From: Rickettsiales bacterium
Lineage (GTDB): Bacteria; Pseudomonadota; Alphaproteobacteria; Rickettsiales; JABSSG01
NCBI GenBank assembly: GCA_047404135.1
Contig: JBDOIT010000001.1
Span: forward strand, 21,055-85,054
Direction: 5' to 3'
Length of the DNA: 64,000 bases
A model generated the notes under the pieces. That model did no database searches and was not told where the DNA came from. It was given only the letters and a program-made list of their open reading frames with translations. Made by a program: the position numbers and the translations under genes. Positions 9,295 to 18,800 of this stretch are shown in pieces (the stretch's first letter is position 1; each line of letters opens with the position of its first letter).

Positions 9295-10488
9295 TTACAG
9301 TTCTTCGTGTGTTGTTATATCCCCGCTTTCTTCTATTTTTTTATCCTCAGTACTTATATATTCCAAGGTTGGTATGTATGCGTAATTAATACTTGCTGTT
9401 ACTAGTATACCCGCTGCACCTCCTATCACCGCTCCTAATGTAGGATTTGCATTAGAAGATCCTTCTTTTTGTATCATGTCAACAATGTATTCTATAGATT
9501 CTCCTATTAATCCATCAATTGGTTCAACGAATAGGGGGCTTAATACCAAAGACGTATTTAGGTTATCCTCTATTAGATGAGCTTTATTATATCCGAAGCC
9601 ATTCCATGATCCAGAGATTAGCCGTGATAAGGAAATAGATTTATCTGGATGCAAATAATCTACTGCAGCATATTTTGCTACACCAGATAGTGTATCTATA
9701 GAAGTATGGTATATCTCTGAGTCAGATGCAGGTTTTGCAATGGATGCTGCCATGCACTTTGTGAAGTGAGCAGCGGAAATAGATGCAACATTGAGATACG
9801 CAGCTTTTCCTACGCTTTTTGGGTTTTTATTTCCTTTTAGCCCAACCTCTACCCCATAGGTTATGGCAGCCATTACAGGGGCAGCTATAGTTATGCTCTG
9901 TGTAGTACAGATTTTGACATTCTCTACAAAAAGATCAGTGTTTACTATGGGGTCTATTGTAGGGTCATATTCTCCAAACGAAGTTCCCTCTAAGTACTCT
10001 ACGGCCTTGTTGTATATTGGGAATAAAGGGAAGCTAAGATAAACTCCTGCTTCTATCCCTTGGTAAATACCTTTTGAAGAGATGAAGTTACATGAGGTTT
10101 CTATGATAACAGGTGCGATATAAAATAGTAAATTCGCTGAAGAGGAATTTTCTGTTGCACTAGGTTTTAGATCGGCTTTGTGGTGGTAAGCAAGTGCATT
10201 TAAGATCCCCGATACGAATGAGGAGGGTGATGTGTTCATGACTTCCGTAGACATAATGGATGTTTTTGTTACTCCAGCGATAGTTGCACCCATATTTACA
10301 ATTGATTCACTATAACCGGAGGTATTTGTTGAGAATATCTTGGTGTATTCTATAATAGAGCAACTGACAAAATGCGCTAATACAGGTAGAAAGATAGGTT
10401 TAGCGTTGTCATTCAAGTGTTTGTAGGACGCTATAGGGGCGATCAGAGTGGTGCTCTGTATTCCACATTTCACTAATGGGTGTAACAT
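9295..10488 (-). CDS. Hypothetical protein with an apparent internal duplication; C-terminus SGDITTHEEL
   Basis: 397-aa ORF preceded by a good sigma70 promoter; no recognised family. Confidence 0.75.
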   Translation of the reverse strand: MLHPLVKCGIQSTTLIAPIASYKHLNDNAKPIFLPVLAHFVSCSIIEYTKIFSTNTSGYSESIVNMGATIAGVTKTSIMSTEVMNTSPSSFVSGILNALAYHHKADLKPSATENSSSANLLFYIAPVIIETSCNFISSKGIYQGIEAGVYLSFPLFPIYNKAVEYLEGTSFGEYDPTIDPIVNTDLFVENVKICTTQSITIAAPVMAAITYGVEVGLKGNKNPKSVGKAAYLNVASISAAHFTKCMAASIAKPASDSEIYHTSIDTLSGVAKYAAVDYLHPDKSISLSRLISGSWNGFGYNKAHLIEDNLNTSLVLSPLFVEPIDGLIGESIEYIVDMIQKEGSSNANPTLGAVIGGAAGILVTASINYAYIPTLEYISTEDKKIEESGDITTHEEL

Positions 10489-10534
10489 ATAGATATCTCT
10501 CAGCTAGGTTAACTGTTATTAATAATTCGAGGGC

Positions 10535-10563
10535 ATGATAGCATAAGTCACAGTGTCTTTCAA
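10535..10563 (-). promoter_or_regulatory. Sigma70 promoter TTGAAA-N17-TATCAT for 9295..10488
   Basis: Minus-strand -35 at 10563-10558 and -10 at 10540-10535. Confidence 0.6.
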
Positions 10564-10603
10564 CCGTTATTTTTAAGTCACAGTGTCTTTCAACCGTTAT
10601 TTT
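10544..10603. repeat. 30-bp tandem duplication x2 covering a -35 box
   Basis: TAAGTCACAGTGTCTTTCAACCGTTATTTT occurs twice. Confidence 0.95.
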
Positions 10604-10723
10604 ATAGCTCTTTTTAACCTACAGATTGTTTGACCAAGTTTATGTAAATAAAGATAAGTATGTTTGCCTACTGTAGATACTTTTTTGTGATGGTTTTTAT
10701 GAAAATTGTTGTTGGTAGGCAAA

Positions 10724-10755
10724 CAAAAAGGGTAGATAAAACTCTACCCTTTTTG
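10724..10755 (-). terminator. Rho-independent terminator
   Basis: CAAAAAGGGTAGA / TCTACCCTTTTTG perfect stem just after the stop at 10773. Confidence 0.8.
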
Positions 10756-10772
10756 TATAAAGATTGTTTTTG

Positions 10773-11492
10773 CTAGACTTCTTCTTCTGCCGCAGTTTCT
10801 CCATTTGTGTTTATTGCATCAATGCTCTCTTCTATGCTCTGAGCGGTTTCAGCGAGTGATTTAAAATGTTCTATTTTTGTATCCATTTTTGCGAGAACAG
10901 TTCGTAAGCCTGACGGTAGCCCAGTAAGATCTTCTGCTGTTAAATGGTCATCACTCTCATCAATTTTATCTAGTATACCTAGGATTTTTTTTGAATAAGT
11001 GATATTTTCAGCTTTTGCTATATCCAAAGCTTCTTTTAGGTGCTCTGTACTTTCAGCTGCTTTCTGTAAGTAGATAATTTTTTTATCCATAGATAAAATG
11101 CTTTTCTTTAGATGATCTGGGAATCCTTCTAGATCAGACTCTGTTACACTTTCTGCGTTATCCTTGACTATGTCAGTGATATAATAAAATTTTTCTAGCA
11201 ACTCTAACTTATCGTTTTTTGCGGTGTCTGCTATATTTTTAACGCTTTCTACTAGCTTTTTAGTTTTTGGAGGTAGTTCAGATATGATCTTATCTAAATC
11301 AGTTCCATATTTTTCTGCTAAGTCCTCATGTAGATCACAGATCTCTTCGATATGATCAGACGCTATGCCCGCGTATTTCATAAGCACATCTGCTTGTTTA
11401 GGAAAAACTTGCGCAAGAATGCTAATTCCTGCTATTAGTGTTGTCCCAATAACGGTTTTATATGCATTTGAAGTGTCAATAATTTTTGCCAT
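10773..11492 (-). CDS. Hypothetical helical protein with an N-terminal hydrophobic segment and two ~67-aa repeats
   Basis: Start MAKIID with AGAGGA SD; repeats VTESDLEGFPDHLK..SMDKKI / LTAEDLTGLPSGLR..KMDTKI. Confidence 0.8.
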   Translation of the reverse strand: MAKIIDTSNAYKTVIGTTLIAGISILAQVFPKQADVLMKYAGIASDHIEEICDLHEDLAEKYGTDLDKIISELPPKTKKLVESVKNIADTAKNDKLELLEKFYYITDIVKDNAESVTESDLEGFPDHLKKSILSMDKKIIYLQKAAESTEHLKEALDIAKAENITYSKKILGILDKIDESDDHLTAEDLTGLPSGLRTVLAKMDTKIEHFKSLAETAQSIEESIDAINTNGETAAEEEV

Positions 11493-11521
11493 CTTTCCTC
11501 TTATGATTAAGTTAAGAGTAC

Positions 11522-11555
11522 ATGGTATCACCTAACGGATTAAGAATAAGTTAAC
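11522..11555 (-). promoter_or_regulatory. CtrA box plus -10 element
   Basis: TTAA-GAATAAG-TTAAC at 11540-11555; minus-strand TACCAT 12 nt downstream. Confidence 0.7.
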
Positions 11556-11669
11556 ACAGTAAATATTTTGAAAAACGAGGATCCATACATAGCTACTCTA
11601 CTATATATTATTTCTAGGTTTATAACTAAAGAGTCAGATGATTTTTATATATTTCCCTACGAAATTATA

Positions 11670-12029
11670 CTACATATCTCCTCCGCTGTGGTTGTCACTA
11701 CCATGCTCACCCATCGCTTCTGTAGTAGAAGAAAAATGTAGAGCATGATAGCTTTCTAGATCAGAAATTCTTGCTTCAAATTCTTTAAGCTTAGAGTTTT
11801 CTTCTCTGCAGACTTTGAGTTCTACTGCTTCATCTGCTAGCATCTCTCTCCATACATCCTTGTCCTTTTGGCAGCCTTTTTGCATTTCTCTTACATCATC
11901 TAAGATATTTTCTGTTGGAGTTGGGTCAGATCGCAATTGTACGTAAGAGCCTACTAGTGTTGCCAAGACACCAGCTCCAGCTGCCGCTATACCCATATTC
12001 TTGCTTGTTAAATGTTCCTGTAAGCTCAT
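11670..12029 (-). CDS. Hypothetical protein with an N-terminal TM segment and coiled coil
   Basis: GAGAGG SD; GIAAAGAGVLATLVGSYV hydrophobic segment; ends AMGEHGSDNHSGGDM. Confidence 0.75.
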   Translation of the reverse strand: MSLQEHLTSKNMGIAAAGAGVLATLVGSYVQLRSDPTPTENILDDVREMQKGCQKDKDVWREMLADEAVELKVCREENSKLKEFEARISDLESYHALHFSSTTEAMGEHGSDNHSGGDM

Positions 12030-12059
12030 AAAGGCCTCTCTGATTCAAGTTAAAAATAC

Positions 12060-12092
12060 ATAGTATCAACAAAGAAGTTAATAATTAATTAA
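12060..12092 (-). promoter_or_regulatory. CtrA box plus -10 element
   Basis: GTTAA-TAATTAA-TTAA at 12077-12092; minus-strand TACTAT 12 nt downstream. Confidence 0.65.
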
Positions 12093-12279
12093 ATATAGAA
12101 TATTATAAAAAATATTATCAAGAAGTATCTTTTAGGTACAAAAATGCTCCAGCTACATGCAGATAGCTCTATAATACAGGGTTTGTTAAACCATGTATGT
12201 AGCAGTAAGAATATACTAAAGTGAATTAAGTTGACTTTGTACGCCCATCTATTACGCTCATATAGCATCATCATTTTAA

Positions 12280-13992
12280 ATGTTTTTTATGAAATCAGAA
12301 ACAGTTAGGCTATTTAAGAAATCTTGGAAATTTATCATTCCGTTCTGGAAATCAGAAGAGACGTATAAAGCAATCGGGATGTTGGCTTTAATTGTCTTGC
12401 TTGTTCTATGTAATATAGCTCTTTCTGTTCGTTTGGCTTATTGGAGTAAGGATTTTTATAATGCTTTAGAGAATAAAAGCTATGTGGATTTTATATATCA
12501 GATTAAGGTTTTCTTAGTATTGCTTTCTATTCTAATTCCTGTTGTGTTAACTCATATAGTTTTAACGGGGTTTTTGACATTCCGCTGGAGAGAATGGATG
12601 ACAAATAAATTTCTTAAAAATTGGACTGAGAATGATACCTATTACCATGTGATGCTTCATGTGGATAAAGTTGATAATCCAGATCAAAGAATAAGTCAGG
12701 ATATAAGTGTATTATGTACTCAGACGATAGGGTTATTCCTATCTTTTTTAAGAGAGATAGTGACGTTATTTTCTTTTGCATTTGTTCTATGGACGGTTTC
12801 TAGCAGTATCCCTTTAAAAATATTTGGGCATAGTTTTAATATCCAGGGGTATTTAGTGTGGGTTGCTTTTATATATTCTGTTTTTGGTACGGGGATTATT
12901 ATAAAAATTGGTAAGCCTTTGATTCAATTGGATTTTATGCAAGAGCATTATGAGGCAAATTTCCGTTATTCACTTATTAGATTGCAGGAAAAAAGAGAGG
13001 AGGTAGCTTTATTCCAGGGCACTCAGCCTGAGATCAAGAATCTACATGATGCTTTTGATTTTATTCGTAAAAATTATTATGATCTTATTAAGCGTAATGC
13101 TTATATCACTTTGTCTTTAAGTTGTTTTGGGAACCTTTCTCAGCTAATTCCTATTATTGCTGCAGCTCCTATGTATTTTGCTGGGATTGTAACTTTAGGT
13201 GTTGTGATGCAGGTATTAAGTTCATTTGAGAAGGTAAGAGATTCCTTCTCTGTAATTGCAAATAATTTTACTACAATTGCTTCTTGGCGTGCAGCAACGA
13301 AGCGCTTGTTGCAATTAGTTCAACATATGGAGTTGGCGGATCAAGATGTAGCAGATAGCCACATTAAATTCTCTAATAATAACAATAATATAAAATTCAC
13401 GAATCTGAGCTTAAAGAAGCCAAATAGCAGACCTATGTTGAAGGGGATAAATTTTTCTGTGGGAGAGCACGAAAGAATACTGCTTATGGGAAATAGTGGA
13501 GTGGGGAAAAGTACAATCGTACGTGCGATGAAAGGCTTGTGGACATACGGTAGTGGAAAGATAGAGCAGCCTGGTAATGTTTTCTATGTGCCTCAGCGTC
13601 CTTATATGCCGGTTGCCACATTGCATGATTCTTTGATTTATCCAATTTTACCGAGCAAATATAAAAGTGAAGATAGTCAACTTATAGAGTTGTTGGATTT
13701 GTTCAAGTTAAGCCACCTGACTGAACATCTAGGTGAAAGAAAAGACTGGAGCACTACGCTTTCTTTGGGTGAGCAGCAACGTATATCTTTTATTAGGATA
13801 TTGCTGAACAAGCCGAAATGGGTTGTGATGGATGAGCCGACATCATCTTTAAATAAGGATCTAGAAGAGATGTTATTTAATACTCTCCTGTCCAGAATTA
13901 AGGATATAACTATGCTAACTGTTGGGCATTCGGAAACATTGAAGAAGCATCACAAGAAGGTAATAGACGTAGAGAAATGGTCAGTCCTTTAG
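12280..13992 (+). CDS. ABC transporter with fused permease and ATPase (YddA / BacA-like, ABCD family)
   Basis: DNPDQRI, EANFRYSL, GNSGVGKST, PQRPYMP, LSLGEQQR and DEPTSSL motifs. Confidence 0.9.
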   Translation: MFFMKSETVRLFKKSWKFIIPFWKSEETYKAIGMLALIVLLVLCNIALSVRLAYWSKDFYNALENKSYVDFIYQIKVFLVLLSILIPVVLTHIVLTGFLTFRWREWMTNKFLKNWTENDTYYHVMLHVDKVDNPDQRISQDISVLCTQTIGLFLSFLREIVTLFSFAFVLWTVSSSIPLKIFGHSFNIQGYLVWVAFIYSVFGTGIIIKIGKPLIQLDFMQEHYEANFRYSLIRLQEKREEVALFQGTQPEIKNLHDAFDFIRKNYYDLIKRNAYITLSLSCFGNLSQLIPIIAAAPMYFAGIVTLGVVMQVLSSFEKVRDSFSVIANNFTTIASWRAATKRLLQLVQHMELADQDVADSHIKFSNNNNNIKFTNLSLKKPNSRPMLKGINFSVGEHERILLMGNSGVGKSTIVRAMKGLWTYGSGKIEQPGNVFYVPQRPYMPVATLHDSLIYPILPSKYKSEDSQLIELLDLFKLSHLTEHLGERKDWSTTLSLGEQQRISFIRILLNKPKWVVMDEPTSSLNKDLEEMLFNTLLSRIKDITMLTVGHSETLKKHHKKVIDVEKWSVL

Positions 13993-14216
13993 TTGCTGAG
14001 CTCAACAACCGTTTTTCCGTTTACAGATAACCCCACGCCATCTGCAAGTAAGTATCTTCCGTCCGGAAGCAACGTTGTTTTGCCTTTGCAGCTATAATAA
14101 GCCTTATCTTTTATGATATTAATTTTAGTTCCGTCAGGTAAGTAAACTACCTGATCTTGGAATGCATATGCAGAAAAATTGAGTAATAGTGAGGCAATAA
14201 TAAAAAATTTCTTCAT
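13989..14216 (-). CDS. Small exported protein with LPDG beta-hairpin repeats
   Basis: Signal peptide MKKFFIIASLLLNFSAYA; LPDGT / LPDGR / LADG repeats. Confidence 0.65.
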   Translation of the reverse strand: MKKFFIIASLLLNFSAYAFQDQVVYLPDGTKINIIKDKAYYSCKGKTTLLPDGRYLLADGVGLSVNGKTVVELSN

Positions 14217-14402
14217 GACTTCTATCGTGATGTTACGGGAAGTCAGTAGAGCATAATATTCCATTTTTTTCAACAAATTCTATCGAAGGTATGATATGTT
14301 GCATGTTTTTACAAAAGAAAATTTAAATTAATATAACATTGAAGTTTTGCTGATATCTGGATACGACAACTCCTAGAAAAGATGTATAATCTATAATTCT
14401 AG

Positions 14403-14594
14403 ATGATTAAATCGATACATATGATTGATGATAGAGTGGGAATAAGATTGATGCGCAACCCATTCACAGAGAAGCCATTTATAAAGTTCTATGACACAAA
14501 GCGTGTTGGTGGAGACATAATAAATAGTAAAGCAGTGAAAATATTGAAACTGCAACCCCTAAAAACTTCTACAAACACTTTTTCTTGTTTATAA
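14403..14594 (+). pseudogene. C-terminal fragment of an HK97-family / GTA-like major capsid protein
   Basis: IDDRVGIRLMRNPFTEKPFIKFYDTKRVGGDIINSKAVKILK resembles the RcGTA capsid end (LRDPFSAKPHVLFYATKRVGGDV..AIKLLK); the rest of the gene is absent. Confidence 0.75.
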
Positions 14595-14616
14595 TTTATA
14601 AAAAACAAGGATGTTT

Positions 14617-14916
14617 ATGGTAGAAAGAAAGAAAGCGGCAGTGAAGAAGCCTGTAGTTAAGAAAGCGGCAGTGAAGAAGCCTGTAGTTAAGAAAGCGGCA
14701 GTGAAGAAGCCTGTAGTTAAGAAAGCGGCACCTAAAAGAGCTAAATTTCCAAAAGCTATTCAAAAGGGAGTTGCGCATTCACCAAGGAAGCCTGATATTC
14801 CATCTAATATTTTGAACAAGGAGAATCACGAAAACATGGCTCATATTCAAGAAAATGAGAATAAACACGGATTCTTTAAAAAGGTAATGCATTTCTTTAT
14901 GGGGAAAGGCAAGTAG
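14617..14916 (+). CDS. Histone H1-like (Hc2-type) Lys/Ala/Val/Pro repeat protein
   Basis: (KKAAVKKPVV)x3; AAGGA SD; amphipathic C-terminus GFFKKVMHFF. Confidence 0.7.
   Translation: MVERKKAAVKKPVVKKAAVKKPVVKKAAVKKPVVKKAAPKRAKFPKAIQKGVAHSPRKPDIPSNILNKENHENMAHIQENENKHGFFKKVMHFFMGKGK
14629..14730 (+). repeat. 30-bp perfect coding tandem repeat x3.4
   Basis: AAGAAAGCGGCAGTGAAGAAGCCTGTAGTT repeated. Confidence 0.95.
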
Positions 14917-14925
14917 TTCAGCAAT

Positions 14926-14965
14926 ATAAAAGGCCTCCTTTCTGAATGAGAAGAGACCTTTTTAT
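14926..14965. terminator. Bidirectional terminator between convergent genes
   Basis: AAAAGGcCTC...GAGaCCTTTT imperfect stem with A/T tails. Confidence 0.6.
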
Positions 14966-14983
14966 ATGCAAGAATATTGGTGC

Positions 14984-15670
14984 TTAGTGTATTGTTGCAG
15001 TAGATTTGCATTCTACTCCATGTTTCTCAGATATCCCTGAAAGGAAAGACCATAATGCTTGAGCGGTTTCTTTTGCTGCTTCTAGCGCTTTCTTCTGATC
15101 TTTTTTGCTTAATCTATCTAGTAACTTCTCGCACTCTTCTCTGTGCCAGACATCTGCTTCTTCGTGAACATAAAAGAATTTTAGAGCTTTTGCACTGCTA
15201 ATTCCGTAAAAACTCTTTAAGCCATCAATTTTTGTTCTAGCGATTTCAGGCACTTGGTGTTCATAAGAATATATAGAAGCTAGTGCCTCCGGATAAGATG
15301 CCCTACAATTTTTGAAGAATGTATCTATTAGGCTGGATGTGTATGAATCAACAGATGACCTGTCTAACTCTTCATTTGTATTTCCCGCTTCTATTGCAAA
15401 GTTTTTCCATAGAGTAGGATGGTCAGTTCCGTTGTTTTCTTCGTCATTTAAGTTTTCCAAAAGAATTTTACGGTCTTCTATATTTTCACAAATAGAGTGA
15501 GCTGTACTAATATATCTCGGAAAAGCCTTTACATGGTGATAATATTGACAAGCGTAATCTTTGATCATTTCGTTTGTCAATCCTCCTTCATTCCATGTTT
15601 TATAGAATGGATGCTTTAGTAGGTTTAAAGGTTCTAGTTCTTTTTGGAGAAAAGTAGAAAAGCTTTGCAT
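14984..15670 (-). CDS. CADD-family heme-oxygenase-like diiron protein (pABA / folate; TenA-PqqC fold)
   Basis: LLKHPFY..W..G.L, QYYHHVKAFPRYIS, ENL.DEE...DHPTLW, YEHQVPEIARTKIDGL and FF.VHEEADVWH motifs; AAGGGG SD. Confidence 0.92.
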   Translation of the reverse strand: MQSFSTFLQKELEPLNLLKHPFYKTWNEGGLTNEMIKDYACQYYHHVKAFPRYISTAHSICENIEDRKILLENLNDEENNGTDHPTLWKNFAIEAGNTNEELDRSSVDSYTSSLIDTFFKNCRASYPEALASIYSYEHQVPEIARTKIDGLKSFYGISSAKALKFFYVHEEADVWHREECEKLLDRLSKKDQKKALEAAKETAQALWSFLSGISEKHGVECKSTATIH

Positions 15671-15768
15671 AGTCATACCCCTTTGGTTTGTTAAAAAATC
15701 TTTAAAAGATGATATTACTATGTAGAAAAAACACAAGATTTTTTTAGAATATGTTTTTATTAGTAGCA

Positions 15769-15800
15769 TTAAGATTTTGTTAACAAGAGGGTTCTAGTAT
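15769..15800 (+). promoter_or_regulatory. CtrA box plus -10 element
   Basis: TTAA-GATTTTG-TTAAC at 15769-15784; TAGTAT at 15795-15800. Confidence 0.7.
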
Positions 15801-15835
15801 TTTGTCTATCACATATCTCATAAGAAGGAAAAATT

Positions 15836-18800
15836 ATGTACAAAGGTCGCAAAAAATCTTCTGGAGGAGATTCCTCTGGCGTAGAAAGCCATGGTAATGA
15901 TTCAGGCGCTGATGGATCACTTTCTGGTGATGGTATATCTGTGAGCAGTACAGAGGGATCATCTGATGGCTCAGGGGGCGAGGATACTGATTCTACTAGT
16001 AGCTCAGAAGGTATATTGGGAGGTAGCGGTTCGTCTGATTCTGAGGATTCCGAAGATGAAATAGAGGAGGCATCTAGCCCTCTTCGTCATTCTTTAGGAA
16101 GCATTCAATTTGTCGTTTCAAATCCTAATCGTGAGATATTTGGCTCTCGATCCTGCATATTGAGCTTCATAAACATGGTGGCAGTTTCTTATATGCTGAA
16201 TGGAAATATGAGTGGTTTGGCGAGTTTTCTAACTTTTATTTCTAGTCTTGTTGGAATACATGTATTCAGAGCTCAAATTATGCCAAGGGTTCGTGAGTAT
16301 GTAATGAATCACCCAGATCTTCAAGTGTATATAGGACCAGTTGTTGGAGTGCATAGGAGGAATAGGGATTCGTTGGTTGGCCAGCTACGTGGCCCAACAG
16401 AGGTAAATATTGCTGCTATTACAATGAATTTACTGGTATCGGGTCTCTCTGGCTTTTTGACCGCTAGAAGTTTGGAGTTGGGATCTTTAAGCGGAGTAGG
16501 TGGTTCTGCGGTATATTATCATCTATTCAATAGGCTGATTGCTATGGTTGCGAGTTATATAGATAATGGATCTGATGAATTAAGGAATAGGATTATTAAT
16601 GCTCTTGCAATGTTTGGTTCAGAAATTAGAGATAGGGTCGGTATTCAAGCTGTATTAAGGTGGGTAAGAGATTCGATGCCTCGTTCTCAAGATCCTTTGC
16701 CATCAAGGACTGGGGAGGCTGTCAGGAGACAAGGCCTACAAGAAAGGGGCGCAGATATAGTTAGTGCTGTGGCAGGAGCTGTTGTGTTTTTTTCGAATAT
16801 CTCTGGGTCTGGTGTTCATTGGGCTGCAATACTTGGCTCTTTTGCATGGGGAGGAACCAGGTTGCCATTATTTGCTTATATGGGATTAATGAGAATGGCT
16901 CAGCAAGCTGAGATTCGCGCAAGATTCCTACGGGATGGTAATAATGATAGACTGGAATTAGCAAGGGCATTAGTTCTAGGTGGGTCTGCTACCTTCTTTC
17001 TGCCTGAAGAATTTTTGGCAACAATAGGAATACTCGGTGGTCGTCTATTAGGTATCATGAAATGGATACCATTAATACTCATATCAAAAGCCTTACCTTC
17101 CACTGGACAGAAAATGTTGTTATCTGTTATAGGCACTAATGTTGCTGCTTCGACAATCAATTTAGCATATGCAGTTGAGGCTATTTTAGATCCAAATGTC
17201 CCACCAGAAGATGTACTAAATCGTGTGCATGATAATAGCCCAGTTGGCAAATTAAAAAGAACGACTTTTTTTTCATTCTGGGTTTTTGTACTTTACGTAA
17301 TAATTGCGGCTACCACCGCTATTTTGTTTAAAAAATATGACGTTGTATCATCTACGGACTCGTTGAAGGCCCTATATACTGGTATTGTTATTTTTGGTGT
17401 TGTTTTTATGGTGATAATGACTTTAATCGCATATTCAAAGATAGATATTTGGGGTCAAAAAGCAGAAAATAATTGTTGTATAAGGCCATTACTAAAAAGT
17501 GCCTGTTTTCGTGGGTGGTGGGGGTATACTGGCGGAAGTGAAGGTCAAACTCCTGAGGAAAGGGAGGCAACAGCAGAAGCGCAAAGAAGGGAAGATGCCA
17601 TACTAGAAGAGGAGGCAAATATTGGAATGAGGGGCACCATAAGAAATAGAATAAGAAGACATCTTAGAGAAGCATCAGTTCCACCTGAATATCAGAATAG
17701 AACCATACCTTTGCAAGATGGAACAAATATGATTCTGACTCTTATAGGGGATGCAAATCACTTAAGTCCTAATACTGATTTTCTGAGATATAATGTGGAA
17801 TCCCCAGTACAAGATCCAACTACTTTGCATATAAGGGAAGTTAGGATCAGCACAAGGGCAAATAATAATTATACTTTGGAAATGAGTGATGGTAGAGCCA
17901 TAATTCGGGAGGGGGAAGACATCAGGATTATGGATAGAGATGGGAATGAGGAATATAATTCTGCAACAGAGCCAGCAGAAGGGCCACAACTAAATCTTCA
18001 AGATCTTGTAGGGAATTTAATGGGAGCTCCAGATTTATCTGTTCCAGAAGATACTCGTCCTGGTACGCCGGAGGTAGATGGAGTGTTTGTTCCTACTCCT
18101 ACTAGGAGAGAAAGTCCTCATGATGGGCCCCGAGATAATGGCAGTGTAGAAGATATCGATCTGGAGGAGATGTCCTGGGATGGAGAGGAAATTTTTAGAG
18201 AGACTCGAGTGTTGGAAGAGGAAAATGGCGATACCTTAGATGATATTACCCAGGCAACCACTGGATTGCTGGAAGAGGAGAATGACGCTACTGCATCTGA
18301 GCTAGGTGACGCAGAAGGTGAGGATAATCAATGGGTTGATATTGATGTTGATGCGGAATTCGCTTCTATGAATGATTATGCACCGCCCCCGGAGCAAGAG
18401 GGGCATGAGAATTCTGCTGAAGATAGTAATGGCGGTTGCTGTAGTGGTTTGTTTGGTATGCGTAAGAGACTTTCTAATATCAGAGCATCGGAAGCTGCGA
18501 CATATGAGGACCAACCGCCTTCTAGACAAATTACGATAAGTATATACGAAGATGAGGATGAGGATAATATGTTATTCGGTCTATCTACACCTTTGCTTGG
18601 AGAAAAAGGTGCAGATGATTCTTCGTTTCTTGGTGGCTCTCCAGGTGATAAAACAGATCAAGATAAGACTGGTGGGTCTGCAGAAAACCCAGCCCATAAA
18701 GACATCAAAAGTATGACCCCTTTTGCGTTGTATGAGCATTTTCAAGAAAATTCTCCTGAAACATTAGAAATTTTTCAACCTGCTTATGATTTTAACTTGA

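Noticed and set aside
10661-10725. 11-bp inverted repeat TGTTTGCCTAC / GTAGGCAAACA as a MITE
   Set aside because: Single occurrence, no target-site duplication seen, and it merges with the adjacent terminator.
14596-14778. Repetitive CRFLNYRLLH ORF on the minus strand
   Set aside because: Antisense of the KKAAVKKPVV repeat gene.
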